This document shows positions 19,685-28,644 of a stretch of 64,000 nt of DNA, piece after piece. The DNA is from Acidimicrobiia bacterium (GTDB taxonomy: Bacteria; Actinomycetota; Acidimicrobiia; Spongiisociales; ZC4RG35), in assembly GCA_965203555.1 (NCBI GenBank), contig CBDBCY010000004.1, positions 777,434 through 841,433 of the forward strand, given 5' to 3'. Each line of letters opens with the position of its first letter. The stretch's first letter is position 1. A program made the position numbers and the translations under genes. The notes beneath the pieces were generated by a model. That model had not been told where the DNA came from and did not search any database. It worked only from the letters and a program-made list of their open reading frames with translations.

Positions 19685-20577
19685 CCCCGGGCGGCCAAAC
19701 GCTCAGCTGGTTCCAGGGTTCCTATCTCGATGCCCGCCATGGGCGCTCCCAGGCCTCGCGAGGCTTCAGCCACCATCTCCGGCCGATCCCAGAAGGTCGT
19801 GGCCTCCACGATGGCGGCGGCATAGGCGGCCGGGTCGGAGCTTTTGAATATCCCGCTGCCCACAAACACCCCGTCGCAACCCAGCGCCATCATCAACGCC
19901 GCGTCGGCGGGAGTGGCGAGCCCTCCGGCCGCGAAGTTCACCACCGGTAAACGCCCCAATTCCGCCACTTCCCCGACCAGTTCAACGGGAACTCGCATCT
20001 GTTGAGCCTGCCGGGCCATCTCCTCGTCGGACAGGTCGGCCAAACCTTCTATCTGGCTGGTAATGGCCCGCATGTGCCGTACCGCCTCCACCACATTCCC
20101 GGTGCCGGCTTCGCCCTTGGTTCGAATCATGGCTGCCCCCTCGGCGAGTCGCCGCAACCCCTCGCCAAGATCGCGGGCGCCACACACAAAGGGAGTGGTG
20201 AAGGGCCACTTGTCGACATGGTGTTCCTCATCGGCGGGAGTGAGTACCTCCGACTCGTCGATATAGTCCACCCCCAGAGTCTCCAATACCCTGGCTTCCA
20301 GGAAATGTCCGATCCGGCACTTCGCCATTACCGGTATGGTCACCGCGCCCATGATCTCGGTGACCTTGCCGGGATTGGCCATCCGAGCCACTCCCCCATC
20401 CTTGCGGATGTCGGAAGGAACCCGCTCCAGGGCCATCACCGCCACCGCACCCGCCTCTTCGGCGATCCGCGCCTGATCGGCGGTGACCACATCCATGATC
20501 ACCCCGCCCTTGAGCATGTCGGCCAGTCCCCGCTTCACCAACTCGGTCCCGGTCTTCATACCATTGCTCTGCTCCAT
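19678..20577 (-). CDS. pdxS: pyridoxal 5'-phosphate synthase lyase subunit PdxS
   Basis: From [30 protein letters not shown] to ...RLAARGW gives a canonical length of about 300 aa. The same frame stays open for 64 more codons up to a GTG at 20769 (see findings). Confidence 0.93.
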   Translation of the reverse strand: MEQSNGMKTGTELVKRGLADMLKGGVIMDVVTADQARIAEEAGAVAVMALERVPSDIRKDGGVARMANPGKVTEIMGAVTIPVMAKCRIGHFLEARVLETLGVDYIDESEVLTPADEEHHVDKWPFTTPFVCGARDLGEGLRRLAEGAAMIRTKGEAGTGNVVEAVRHMRAITSQIEGLADLSDEEMARQAQQMRVPVELVGEVAELGRLPVVNFAAGGLATPADAALMMALGCDGVFVGSGIFKSSDPAAYAAAIVEATTFWDRPEMVAEASRGLGAPMAGIEIGTLEPAERLAARGW

Positions 20578-20810
20578 CCGCCATAGCGTACCAACCTCAC
20601 CGTCGCCCCCGTCCACAATACGTACTCCGACAAACCACGCCCTCTCTCCATTACCCCAGAAACCAACTCCGTCGGCCACCGCCAAGTCTCCCGTCAGAAC
20701 CCACCCATGTTCTGATTCCTGGTCCACCAAATCAAACCGGTTGTTGTACTTCCGAGCCACCTCCGCCACATAGAGGAGCGTGTACTGTCGCCGGTAGTGG
20801 TAGTGTCAAC

Positions 20811-21101
20811 CTATGAGGCCCGTTCGAGCGGTGACCAGATGGCCCTCGATGGTGTTGGTATGCACCATCCCGTCCGGCGCGTTTGTAGGCCTTGCCGGGG
20901 CTTCCTGCCGATATACGCCTCGTCCGCCTCCACAATGCCCTGTAGCAGTACCCTGCCTTGGCGGGTGGCCATCTCAGCCTGTATCCGAGCCTGCAAGTAC
21001 CATTCCGACTTCTGGTTCATGCCCCATGTCGCCCCCAAGCTGGTTACTCGACAGGCTTTCCTTGATAGAAACACGCCCCCTCTCCGATCGAGTCCTCCCA
21101 C
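20811..21101 (-). pseudogene. internal fragment of an IS1595-family (ISXO2-like) transposase, degraded
   Basis: 96-aa ORF contains ...LGATWGMNQKSEWYLQARIQAEM...LQGIVEADEAYIGRKPRQG. This matches the HTH-to-DDE junction of IS1595 transposases (VE-x-DETYIGGK motif). There is no zinc-ribbon N-terminus and no DDE core, and the frame breaks after the motif. Confidence 0.6.
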
Positions 21102-21240
21102 CGTGTTCTAGTGGCCACCGGCCCGAATCCTGACTGATTGCCCAAGGGGTGGTCCGGGTACAATGGGAGGTAGAGGGACAGGTTGGTCAAGTCGAGAAGC
21201 TACTTGTCCAAAAGGCGGAGCGCACAGGGGTGCAGATGCG

Positions 21241-22212
21241 ATGGGTGTTGGTGACACAGGTTTTGTTCCTACTTTGGCGGAGGCGGAACGCGCTGCCAAG
21301 GTGGTAGCTGGTGCGGGCGCCGGTCGGGTGTTGTTGTTCGGGTCGGTTGCCCGGGGCGAGGCTCACCGTCACAGTGACATCGACCTGATGGTGATTTACG
21401 ACGACCTTGATTACGGCGCTCGGCATCATCTCGCCATCGAACTGAAGCGTATGGCGCGTGCTGAGGTGGGCTGTTCTGTGGATGTTCATCTCACTGATCG
21501 TCCGGAGTGGAAGATGCGCACCGAACAGGTGGTCACATCTTTTGAGAACCGGGTCAAGAGCCAGGCGCTGTTGCTGGTGGACAAGAAACCTGGAAAGGTC
21601 GATTGGGACAAGGAGATGGTCATGCCGACAAGCGATTATGAAGAAGCGGTGGAGCGTCTCCACCAGGTAAGGAACGCGCTGATGACCATCTCGGCCAGCC
21701 TGGACCCGACCTCTTACCAACAACTCCTGGAGGAAACCGGCCAGGAGATAGAGGCATTCGCCGAATACGAACAGAGACTCGCCACGGGATGCGCGGCTGG
21801 GCACCTCACTGTGGAGACGGCCCTGAAGGCGCTGATCCATCTAACGGGTTCCCCAAAGGCTCAACCGTGGGGTCATAAGATCGACAAGCTGCTTTGTCAA
21901 CTCCCCGAACCGCACAGGAACGAGATCGATACGCGTCTAGCCGCTGTTGGAGTCACGGATCTTCAGAAGTGGCAGCAACAGGCCCGCTACGAACGATTTG
22001 TCAAACCCTCGCCCGAGGTGTTCACGGAGATAACCGAAGCGGCCTGCAGGGTGGCTCTATACACCGCCGACCAGTTCCCGCCGCACCTGGACATCGCCAC
22101 CAGCTTTTGGAGAAGGGTGTCTTACATAGAACAGGTGATCGCTAGTCGCGACCTCTACACAGGCCGAGACCGAGACGAGCGGGACGACCCGGGGCTTTCC
22201 TTCGATCTGTAG
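21241..22212 (+). CDS. fused minimal nucleotidyltransferase (MNT) + HEPN-domain protein
   Basis: N-terminal LLFGSVARGEAHRHSDIDLMV (the GS...DxD pol-beta NTase signature). C-terminal helical domain has AAGHLTVETALKALIHLTGSPKAQPWGHKIDKLLCQL (HEPN of the KNTase/PF05168 type). The ORF is open from 21163; ATG 21241 is chosen but the start is uncertain. Confidence 0.72.
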   Translation: MGVGDTGFVPTLAEAERAAKVVAGAGAGRVLLFGSVARGEAHRHSDIDLMVIYDDLDYGARHHLAIELKRMARAEVGCSVDVHLTDRPEWKMRTEQVVTSFENRVKSQALLLVDKKPGKVDWDKEMVMPTSDYEEAVERLHQVRNALMTISASLDPTSYQQLLEETGQEIEAFAEYEQRLATGCAAGHLTVETALKALIHLTGSPKAQPWGHKIDKLLCQLPEPHRNEIDTRLAAVGVTDLQKWQQQARYERFVKPSPEVFTEITEAACRVALYTADQFPPHLDIATSFWRRVSYIEQVIASRDLYTGRDRDERDDPGLSFDL

Positions 22213-22222
22213 TCTGGGAGGG

Positions 22223-22609
22223 ATGGCTGAGAGAAGCGCCGCCGAGAAAGTAATGATCCGCTGGCGACGGGCAAACAGTCCCGATACCCCACCGGCGGAG
22301 TTGGCAAGGTTGGCAACTGATCCCGACCCGTGGGTGCGGAGGGCTGTCGCGGAGAACCCGTCCACTCCGCCCGAGGTTCGGCAGCGGTTGAAGGAGGATC
22401 CCGACCCGAAAGTGCAGAAGGCAGCCACCATCGCCTGCCAGACCCAGGCGTGGGCTCTGGCCCAACCCGTAAAGCGGGTCACATTCGGATGGTTAGGACC
22501 CTGGTGGACAATCGCCACCGCGGTGGCGGTAGGAATGACCATCGGGGCAACGGTGGTGTGGCTCCTGCTGGGTGCCCTAATAGCTACGGCCTTAAATGGC
22601 ATCCTGTAG
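22223..22609 (+). CDS. small HEAT/LRV-repeat protein with C-terminal membrane anchor
   Basis: 128 aa. Two repeats (DPDPWVRRAVAENPSTPPEV / EDPDPKVQKAA) followed by a hydrophobic stretch WLGPWWTIATAVAVGMTIGATVVWLLLGALIATAL. Starts 10 nt after the preceding gene. Confidence 0.55.
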   Translation: MAERSAAEKVMIRWRRANSPDTPPAELARLATDPDPWVRRAVAENPSTPPEVRQRLKEDPDPKVQKAATIACQTQAWALAQPVKRVTFGWLGPWWTIATAVAVGMTIGATVVWLLLGALIATALNGIL

Positions 22610-22723
22610 CCGTTCTTAGTCCATATATCTGCTTTCTATACCGGCCTTCTCCGTGCCCGGTTTCCAAGCGGGGGTGGCGGCGCACGGTTCAAGCTAAACT
22701 CGTAGGAGAAGGGGGATTTCGGA

Positions 22724-23434
22724 GTGCAAACGAGGATAAGCCCGACACCGCTGCCGGTCGAGGAGACGTTTAGCGAGAAGACCAGGGCGTTCCTCGCTTA
22801 TGCGCGGAGTCTTCCCCCGATACCGCACGACGACGACCCGAACGGTTGGTTCTCGCAGATAGCCGCTCACTTGAAACGTTCCCCGAGACAACGACTGCAG
22901 CGGTGGGCGGCTTATGCTGATAGGTCGTTGCGGTTCGGTTGTGAACCCCGCGGGGAGGAGCATGTTCGGTTTGATCCTGTGCGGGTGTTGCGCACCCTTA
23001 CGGACCGGGGGGTTGATTTCGTGTTCGTGGGGATGGGCGCTGGGTATGTGCGGGGCGCTCCCTACCCCAGTTACAACACCGATATCACTCCCGGCATGGA
23101 GTCGGACAACTTGGCCCGGGTGGAAGAGGTGCTGGAGGTGTTGGAAGCGCGGCCGTTGGAGAGAGACGAGTGGGGGCCGGTCGAAGAACACACTCTTCCC
23201 GGGTACAGGCGGCTGATGACATCGGCGGGGATGGTAAACGTGGTGGATTCTCTTCCCGGGGTGGGCGGTTACGGGAGGGTCAAGACCAAAAGCGACATGG
23301 TGGAAGTTGCGGATGGGCTGTCGGTGCGGGTAGCAGCGATGGAGGACGTGATCTGCAGCAAGGAGGCAGTAGGCGAGTTGATCGTCGGGACACCACCCTA
23401 CGGCCGCATGATGGACGGTGTGGGCTTGTACTGA
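22724..23434 (+). CDS. nucleotidyltransferase-fold protein (toxin-antitoxin-like NTase family) with about 85-aa N-terminal extension
   Basis: 236 aa. GTG start with a strong SD (aggagaaggggg, 8-nt spacer). VLRTLTDRGVDFVFVGMGAGYVRGAPYPSYNTDITP...NLARVEEVLEVLEA...VRVAAMEDVICSKEAVG follows the (GG-x-A...HG...T-x-D-x-D-I...N...rL...AL) layout of an uncharacterised NTase family. The first acidic residue is replaced (NTD). Confidence 0.7.
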   Translation: MQTRISPTPLPVEETFSEKTRAFLAYARSLPPIPHDDDPNGWFSQIAAHLKRSPRQRLQRWAAYADRSLRFGCEPRGEEHVRFDPVRVLRTLTDRGVDFVFVGMGAGYVRGAPYPSYNTDITPGMESDNLARVEEVLEVLEARPLERDEWGPVEEHTLPGYRRLMTSAGMVNVVDSLPGVGGYGRVKTKSDMVEVADGLSVRVAAMEDVICSKEAVGELIVGTPPYGRMMDGVGLY

Positions 23435-23747
23435 TGTGCAAAGAGACTCTGGCGCTGAAGAACAAGTACGGCACAAAGTGGAACCTCTCGCCCGGATCTT
23501 AGAAACCTTCGCTGCCCACGGGGCGAACGTGGTAGTGATAGGAAACTACGGTGCTCTAATGCAGGGAGCGCGGGTGGAGACCGAGGACGCTGACATGGCT
23601 TATCAACGCACCGAGGAGAACCACCGGCCCACCTCACTCTCCGATGAACCCGGGGCGGTTCACCCGGAGTGGGGATTGTTTCCCAACCTTTCCCTCGCTT
23701 TCATGCTCTTACACCCCGAGGCGGCCTACGGCAACGACCAGATGTGA
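23418..23747 (+). pseudogene. truncated paralogue of the preceding NTase-fold gene
   Basis: ILETFAAHGANVVVIGNYGALMQGARVETEDADMAY repeats the N-terminal NTase motif of the 22724 gene and keeps DxD. The sequence then diverges and stops after about 45 more codons. No good SD, and it overlaps the upstream gene end. Confidence 0.35.
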
Positions 23748-23832
23748 TAGATCAAAACCACCGCATCCACAGGGCATGACGCCCATACCTTCTCCCCCGC
23801 TCCTATCGGAGGTGACGCCACTCGGACACGCC

Positions 23833-24873
23833 TCAGCTTCGGCTTATCGCCCGTTCGTAACATTCTCGATAGGCGGGACCCACCTGATCCCATGAGAACC
23901 GCGCGGCCCGCTCCTGCCCTGCCGCTGACAGGCTCTTTGCAAGCGAAGCATCTCCCAGCACGTCGGCTACCTGATCCACCATTGCCGGAACGCTTCCTGT
24001 GGCGAACAACCTGGCCGCCGGGCCCGCCACGTCCCGGAAGGAGGGAAGGTCGGAGGCGACCACGGCACAACCGGCGGTCATTGCCTCCACCAGCACGATC
24101 CCGAAACTCTCGCCTCCCAGGTTGGGCGCCACGTAAACCTCCGCAGACCTCAGGTTCCGCTCCTTTACCTCCTCGCTGACCCTGCCCAGGAAGACGACAC
24201 CTTCCGGAGGGTCCGGGCGGGCGGCGCCCATCACCACCAATTCGGCGTGGACGTGACGCACCTTTATCTGCGGCCAGGCCTCGAGCAACAGGTCCAGGCC
24301 CTTGCGAGGCTCATCCCGCCCCAGGAAGACCACCCGCCCCCTCCGCCGCTCCACCGCGTCCACGCCGAACGAGACATCAACTCCGTTGGGGATGATCCTC
24401 TCCGGACCCCATCCGGGTGCCAATGAACCGGCCGCCAGACGGCTCACCGCCGTCACCATGGTGTCCGGCCTCTGGAACGACCGTACCCACGGACCCAAGC
24501 CACGATACAACCTCCTCACCCAAGCGGGGGGGTCGGCATGAAAGGTCACGACCTTGGGGCCGGGGGCCCGCAAAGCGGCCACCCCCACCCTGGGCATCAG
24601 TGGTTCGTGTACGTGAGTCACCTCTCCCCATCTCATCGCCTCCGCCACCCGGCCCGCAACCCCCGTGGACAGAGAAATCGGCGCCACCGAACGGTTGGCC
24701 CGGACCCGGGTCACCCGCCCCACGGCGGCGCCCTGCTCCCCCGGAGGGAGCAACGGGGCGATCAATCGAACCTCATCCCCTCGGCTGCGCAGCCAGCCCG
24801 CCAGGCCCTGTACCTGTGCCTGGACGCCTCCGTCCCGGGTCAGGTCATAGGGCGATACCAGACAGACCCGCAT
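23833..24873 (-). CDS. pimA: GT4 glycosyltransferase, PimA-like (phosphatidylinositol mannosyltransferase)
   Basis: 346 aa. MRVCLVSPYDLTRDGGVQAQV, ESFGIVLVEAM. Position downstream of the PI-synthase and acyltransferase genes, as in mycobacteria. Confidence 0.85.
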   Translation of the reverse strand: MRVCLVSPYDLTRDGGVQAQVQGLAGWLRSRGDEVRLIAPLLPPGEQGAAVGRVTRVRANRSVAPISLSTGVAGRVAEAMRWGEVTHVHEPLMPRVGVAALRAPGPKVVTFHADPPAWVRRLYRGLGPWVRSFQRPDTMVTAVSRLAAGSLAPGWGPERIIPNGVDVSFGVDAVERRRGRVVFLGRDEPRKGLDLLLEAWPQIKVRHVHAELVVMGAARPDPPEGVVFLGRVSEEVKERNLRSAEVYVAPNLGGESFGIVLVEAMTAGCAVVASDLPSFRDVAGPAARLFATGSVPAMVDQVADVLGDASLAKSLSAAGQERAARFSWDQVGPAYRECYERAISRS

Positions 24874-24882
24874 GAACCGAGG

Positions 24883-25761
24883 TCAAATCCGGTCGGAGGG
24901 CCAGTTGGGCTGGAGGAGATGCCACTGCTCGGGCGCGACCCTGATCAGGTCCTCGAAAGCGTCGGCCATCAGTTGCGCGCCTGCGTGAAGCCTCTCCGAC
25001 AGGGGTCCTTCCCGGGGTATGGCCAGGGGAGGCTTCAGGACTGCCCGGTAGCGACTCTTCTTTTCGCAATAGACAGCGACCGGGATCACCGGGCGCCCCG
25101 AACGGATCCCCAGCACCAGCGGTCCGGCCGGAAGGGTGGTTTCTTCCCCGAAAAACTGCACCGGGATGCCCTTGCCGCTCAAGTCCCGGTCCGAAGGTAG
25201 GCAAACGGCGGTTCGACCGGCGAGTTTTCCCTGCAACTCGCCGAGAAGCCCCTTGCGAGCGAACACCACCTTAATTCCGGTCAAGGCCCTGACACGCGAA
25301 AACCAGTCCCTGATGTAGGAGTTGGCCAGATTCTCGGCCACGGCCACCACCTCGATGTTCATGCCCCATACCACCACACCGGCCATCTCCCAATTGCCGA
25401 GATGCGGAAGCACCACCACCACACCCCTTCCGTCCCTCAAAGCCCTCTCCAGTAACTCGAAACCCTCCAGGTCGAATCGGTCCGCTACCCGCTTCACATT
25501 GCGGGGTCCGGCCCACAGCGACTCACCCCAGTACCGCCCGTAGCTGGCGAACATCTTTCTCACCGCCTTGGATCGGCTCCCCAGCGCCATATCCAATCCG
25601 GTGCGATTGGCATGTCTTCCCGCCATACGCCGGTGACGGGGAAGAAGCATGGCGGCGATCACCCCGGCGGCGCCGCCGAATCGTTGCACAACCCACAGCG
25701 GCCAAACGTGCATGAACCCGGAAGCCGCTCTCACACCCCAGTAGGCGAGGCGTGCCCTCAC
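24883..25761 (-). CDS. lysophospholipid/lauroyl (HtrB-family) acyltransferase, PIM acyltransferase-like
   Basis: LPHLGNWEMAG (the HX4D-type region) and about 293 aa from GTG 25761, which overlaps the upstream stop (GTGA). The longer ORF reaching 26043 overlaps the phosphatidyltransferase gene. Confidence 0.85.
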   Translation of the reverse strand: MRARLAYWGVRAASGFMHVWPLWVVQRFGGAAGVIAAMLLPRHRRMAGRHANRTGLDMALGSRSKAVRKMFASYGRYWGESLWAGPRNVKRVADRFDLEGFELLERALRDGRGVVVVLPHLGNWEMAGVVVWGMNIEVVAVAENLANSYIRDWFSRVRALTGIKVVFARKGLLGELQGKLAGRTAVCLPSDRDLSGKGIPVQFFGEETTLPAGPLVLGIRSGRPVIPVAVYCEKKSRYRAVLKPPLAIPREGPLSERLHAGAQLMADAFEDLIRVAPEQWHLLQPNWPSDRI

Positions 25762-26330
25762 CGCTTCAGTTCTCTGTACGCAACCGAGAACCGGTGAAGG
25801 GCCGACATCCAGCACAGGACGGTCATCGCCCACAACATGGGCTCCACCCACCCGGTGAGCAATCCCAGCGCGAAAAGGATCACTCTCTCGGCGCGACCTA
25901 TTAGTCCCCCGGTTCCCTTCAATCCCTCCGCCTCGGCCCGGGCCCGCAGATACGGAATCATCAATGCGCCGCTCACCGACAGCACCACCAGCATTAGCAC
26001 CCGTGGTTCGCCGGCCCGGGCAACCGCCAACCCCGAAAAACAAGCCACCTCACCCAGCCGGTCCACCGAAGCGTCCAGAAACGCTCCCCGTTTTGTAACT
26101 TTGTCGGCCGCCCGGGCCAGCGTACCGTCCAGACCGTCGATCGCCGAACCTGCCAAAGCGATCAGCGACCCGACCACCAGATACTCAAGTGAAATGATCA
26201 CCGCTCCCACGATGGTGACCCCCAACCCGAACAGAGTGAGGGCGGCAGGACTGATCCCGCAGCGGTTCAAGAAGCGGCCGATGGGATCGAGCACCCTTCT
26301 CAGGTGAGGGCGTACCCAAATGTCGATCAC
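25758..26330 (-). CDS. pgsA: CDP-alcohol phosphatidyltransferase (PI-phosphate synthase-like)
   Basis: 190 aa. DGLDGTLAR...DASVDRLGE (the CDP-alcohol motif D-G-x2-A-R...D-x3-D), multi-TM. Confidence 0.9.
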   Translation of the reverse strand: MIDIWVRPHLRRVLDPIGRFLNRCGISPAALTLFGLGVTIVGAVIISLEYLVVGSLIALAGSAIDGLDGTLARAADKVTKRGAFLDASVDRLGEVACFSGLAVARAGEPRVLMLVVLSVSGALMIPYLRARAEAEGLKGTGGLIGRAERVILFALGLLTGWVEPMLWAMTVLCWMSALHRFSVAYRELKR

Positions 26331-26595
26331 GGTTCTATCACGCTAGCAATACCTACCTCTATTGGGGAATCATCATGCCGAACCGGTCAGCAAATTCCAC
26401 CCTCTTGAATTTAGGTGGAAGTCTGCGGCAAAGCCGACAACCTGCGGCCTCGCAACACCGACAGCCCGGCCCCGCCATTGTGGATCACCCGCCTGCGAGG
26501 CACAGAGCCGGACCCTGACGGCCTGGGCGGGAGGAAACGGTAGGCGCACGGTTCCGCTATCCTGAATTCACCTGTTAAATCTCGGAGGAAAGCGT

Positions 26596-28644
26596 TTGTC
26601 ACCCGATTCGATTCGCACCATTGCCCTGATCGGCCACGGAGGCAGTGGCAAGACTTCCCTGGCTGAAGCACTTCTCTACACCGCCGGGGTGACCACCCGA
26701 CTCGGTTCGGTGGACCAGGGCACCACCATCTTGGACCATGAGCCGGAGGAGGAGGAACGCAGGCAATCCTTGAACCTCTCGGTGGCCTCCTTCAAGTGGA
26801 ACGGATGCAAGATCAACCTGATCGATACTCCCGGATACGCCGACTTCTCAGGCGATGCCCGCTCCGCCATCCGGGTGGCGGACTTGGCACTCTTCGTGGT
26901 TTCGGGGGTCGACGGCGTGGAAGTTCAAACCGAGCTGATGTGGAAGGTGGCCGCCGACGAAGGGACTCCGCGCGCGGTGTTCGTCACCAAGCTCGACCGG
27001 GACCGATCCTCCCTCGACCGCACTCTCGCCGAGTTGCGGGACGCCTTTGGAACCGGAATCGCTCCCCTGGTGATCAACGTGGGACAAGAAGCGAACCTGA
27101 GGGGAGTGGCCCGGGTCAGTTCAGGACAGGCAGCACTCTACGAGGAGGGCAACCCCCGGGGCGTCATCGCCGCCGAGGCCCCCGAAGAAGTCGCTTCGGT
27201 CCTGGAAGAAGCCCACATGGAACTGGTGGAGTCGGTAGTCGAGACAGACGACGACCTGATGGACGCCTACTTCGAAGGGGAGGAGCCCAGCCAGGAAGTG
27301 ATCGTCTCCGTCATCCGGGAAGCCATGTTGACCGGAGAACTCTTCCCGGTGCTGGCCGGTTCGTCCAGCCGACTGATCGGAATAGATGTCCTGGCCGACT
27401 TCCTCAAAGTTTTTGCGCCTACCCCGCTGGAGCGATCCGCCCCGCCGCTCGCGGAGGGCGAAATACAGATATCGGGAGACGGCGGCGCCACTGCCTACGT
27501 ATTCAAGACGATCGGCGACCCGTACGTAGGGCGTATCTCCATTCTGAGAGTGTTCAGCGGATCTTTCAAAGCCGACGACCACCTGGAATTGGCCGGGGGG
27601 CCGACGGTCAGAGTGAGCAATCTGTTCTTCCTTCAGGGCCGCAACACCGATCCGGCCGCTGAGGTGTCCTGTGGAGATGTGGCGGCAGTGGCCAAGGTCG
27701 ACAGGGCCACTACCGGCGCCACCCTGCGGTCGGTGGGGAAAACCGCGGTGGTGCTCCCCGCGGTCTACCCGAAGCCGGTCATGGAATTGGCCATCTTCCC
27801 ACGGTCCACGCAGGATGAGGAGAAGCTCTCCACCGCCCTGCAGCGGGCTGTCGAGGAAGATCCCACCCTAGCGGTTGAACGCCGGTCTGAAACCGGTGAA
27901 ACCATCCTGGCAGGACTGGGCGACGTGCACCTGGACGTCACCTTGGCGCGCATCAAACGCAAGTACGGCGTGGAAGTGGAAACCGCCCTTCCCAGGATCG
28001 CCTATCGGGAAACGGTCAAGGGCCGGGCCGCGGCAGAGGGAAAGCACAAGAAACAGACCGGGGGACGCGGGCAATTCGGCGTGGCTTTCGTGCGTTTTGC
28101 TCCCAAGCCCCAGGGCGAAGGCTACGAGTTCATCGACTCCATCAAGGGAGGCGCCATCCCCCGCCAGTACATTCCGGCGGTCGACAAGGGGATCAGGGAG
28201 GCCTTCGCCCGCGGGATTCTGGCCGGTTTTCCGGTCATCGACGTGTCGGCCGAGGTCTACGACGGCAAGTATCATTCCGTCGACTCCGATGAGTTGTCTT
28301 TCCGCATGGCGGGAATCGCCGCCGTACGTTCTGCCGGGTCGGACCTGCGACCGGTCCTGCTGGAGCCCATCACCCGTCTATCGGTCAAAGTGCCCGAGGA
28401 GTACACCGGAGACGTAATAGGTGACATAAACGCAAAACGGGGCCGGGTGTACGGCATGGAGACGGATGGATCGCTTCGGGTTATTTCCGCAGAGGTCCCC
28501 ATGGCGGAGATCCAACGGTACGCGGTCGACCTTCGCTCGATGACCAGTGGACGCGGTACCTTCGAGGTGGCCTTCGACCACTATTCGGAGATTCCACATC
28601 AGGAAGCCCAGAAAGTGATCAGCGCATCCCGGAAGGAAGACTGA
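26596..28644 (+). CDS. elongation factor G-like GTPase (EF-G paralogue)
   Basis: 682 aa. TTG start with GGAGGA 5 nt upstream. G1 is GHGGSGKTS rather than AHIDAGKT; DTPGYADF; EF-G domains II-V are recognisable. Confidence 0.92.
   Translation: MSPDSIRTIALIGHGGSGKTSLAEALLYTAGVTTRLGSVDQGTTILDHEPEEEERRQSLNLSVASFKWNGCKINLIDTPGYADFSGDARSAIRVADLALFVVSGVDGVEVQTELMWKVAADEGTPRAVFVTKLDRDRSSLDRTLAELRDAFGTGIAPLVINVGQEANLRGVARVSSGQAALYEEGNPRGVIAAEAPEEVASVLEEAHMELVESVVETDDDLMDAYFEGEEPSQEVIVSVIREAMLTGELFPVLAGSSSRLIGIDVLADFLKVFAPTPLERSAPPLAEGEIQISGDGGATAYVFKTIGDPYVGRISILRVFSGSFKADDHLELAGGPTVRVSNLFFLQGRNTDPAAEVSCGDVAAVAKVDRATTGATLRSVGKTAVVLPAVYPKPVMELAIFPRSTQDEEKLSTALQRAVEEDPTLAVERRSETGETILAGLGDVHLDVTLARIKRKYGVEVETALPRIAYRETVKGRAAAEGKHKKQTGGRGQFGVAFVRFAPKPQGEGYEFIDSIKGGAIPRQYIPAVDKGIREAFARGILAGFPVIDVSAEVYDGKYHSVDSDELSFRMAGIAAVRSAGSDLRPVLLEPITRLSVKVPEEYTGDVIGDINAKRGRVYGMETDGSLRVISAEVPMAEIQRYAVDLRSMTSGRGTFEVAFDHYSEIPHQEAQKVISASRKED

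Noticed and set aside
20800-23860. Search for direct repeats (att sites) flanking the pdxS-pimA cassette
   Set aside because: I found only a 9-10-nt shared string (gcccgttcg, near 20817-20830 and 23848-23860). The flanks do not align beyond it, so this is compatible with chance.
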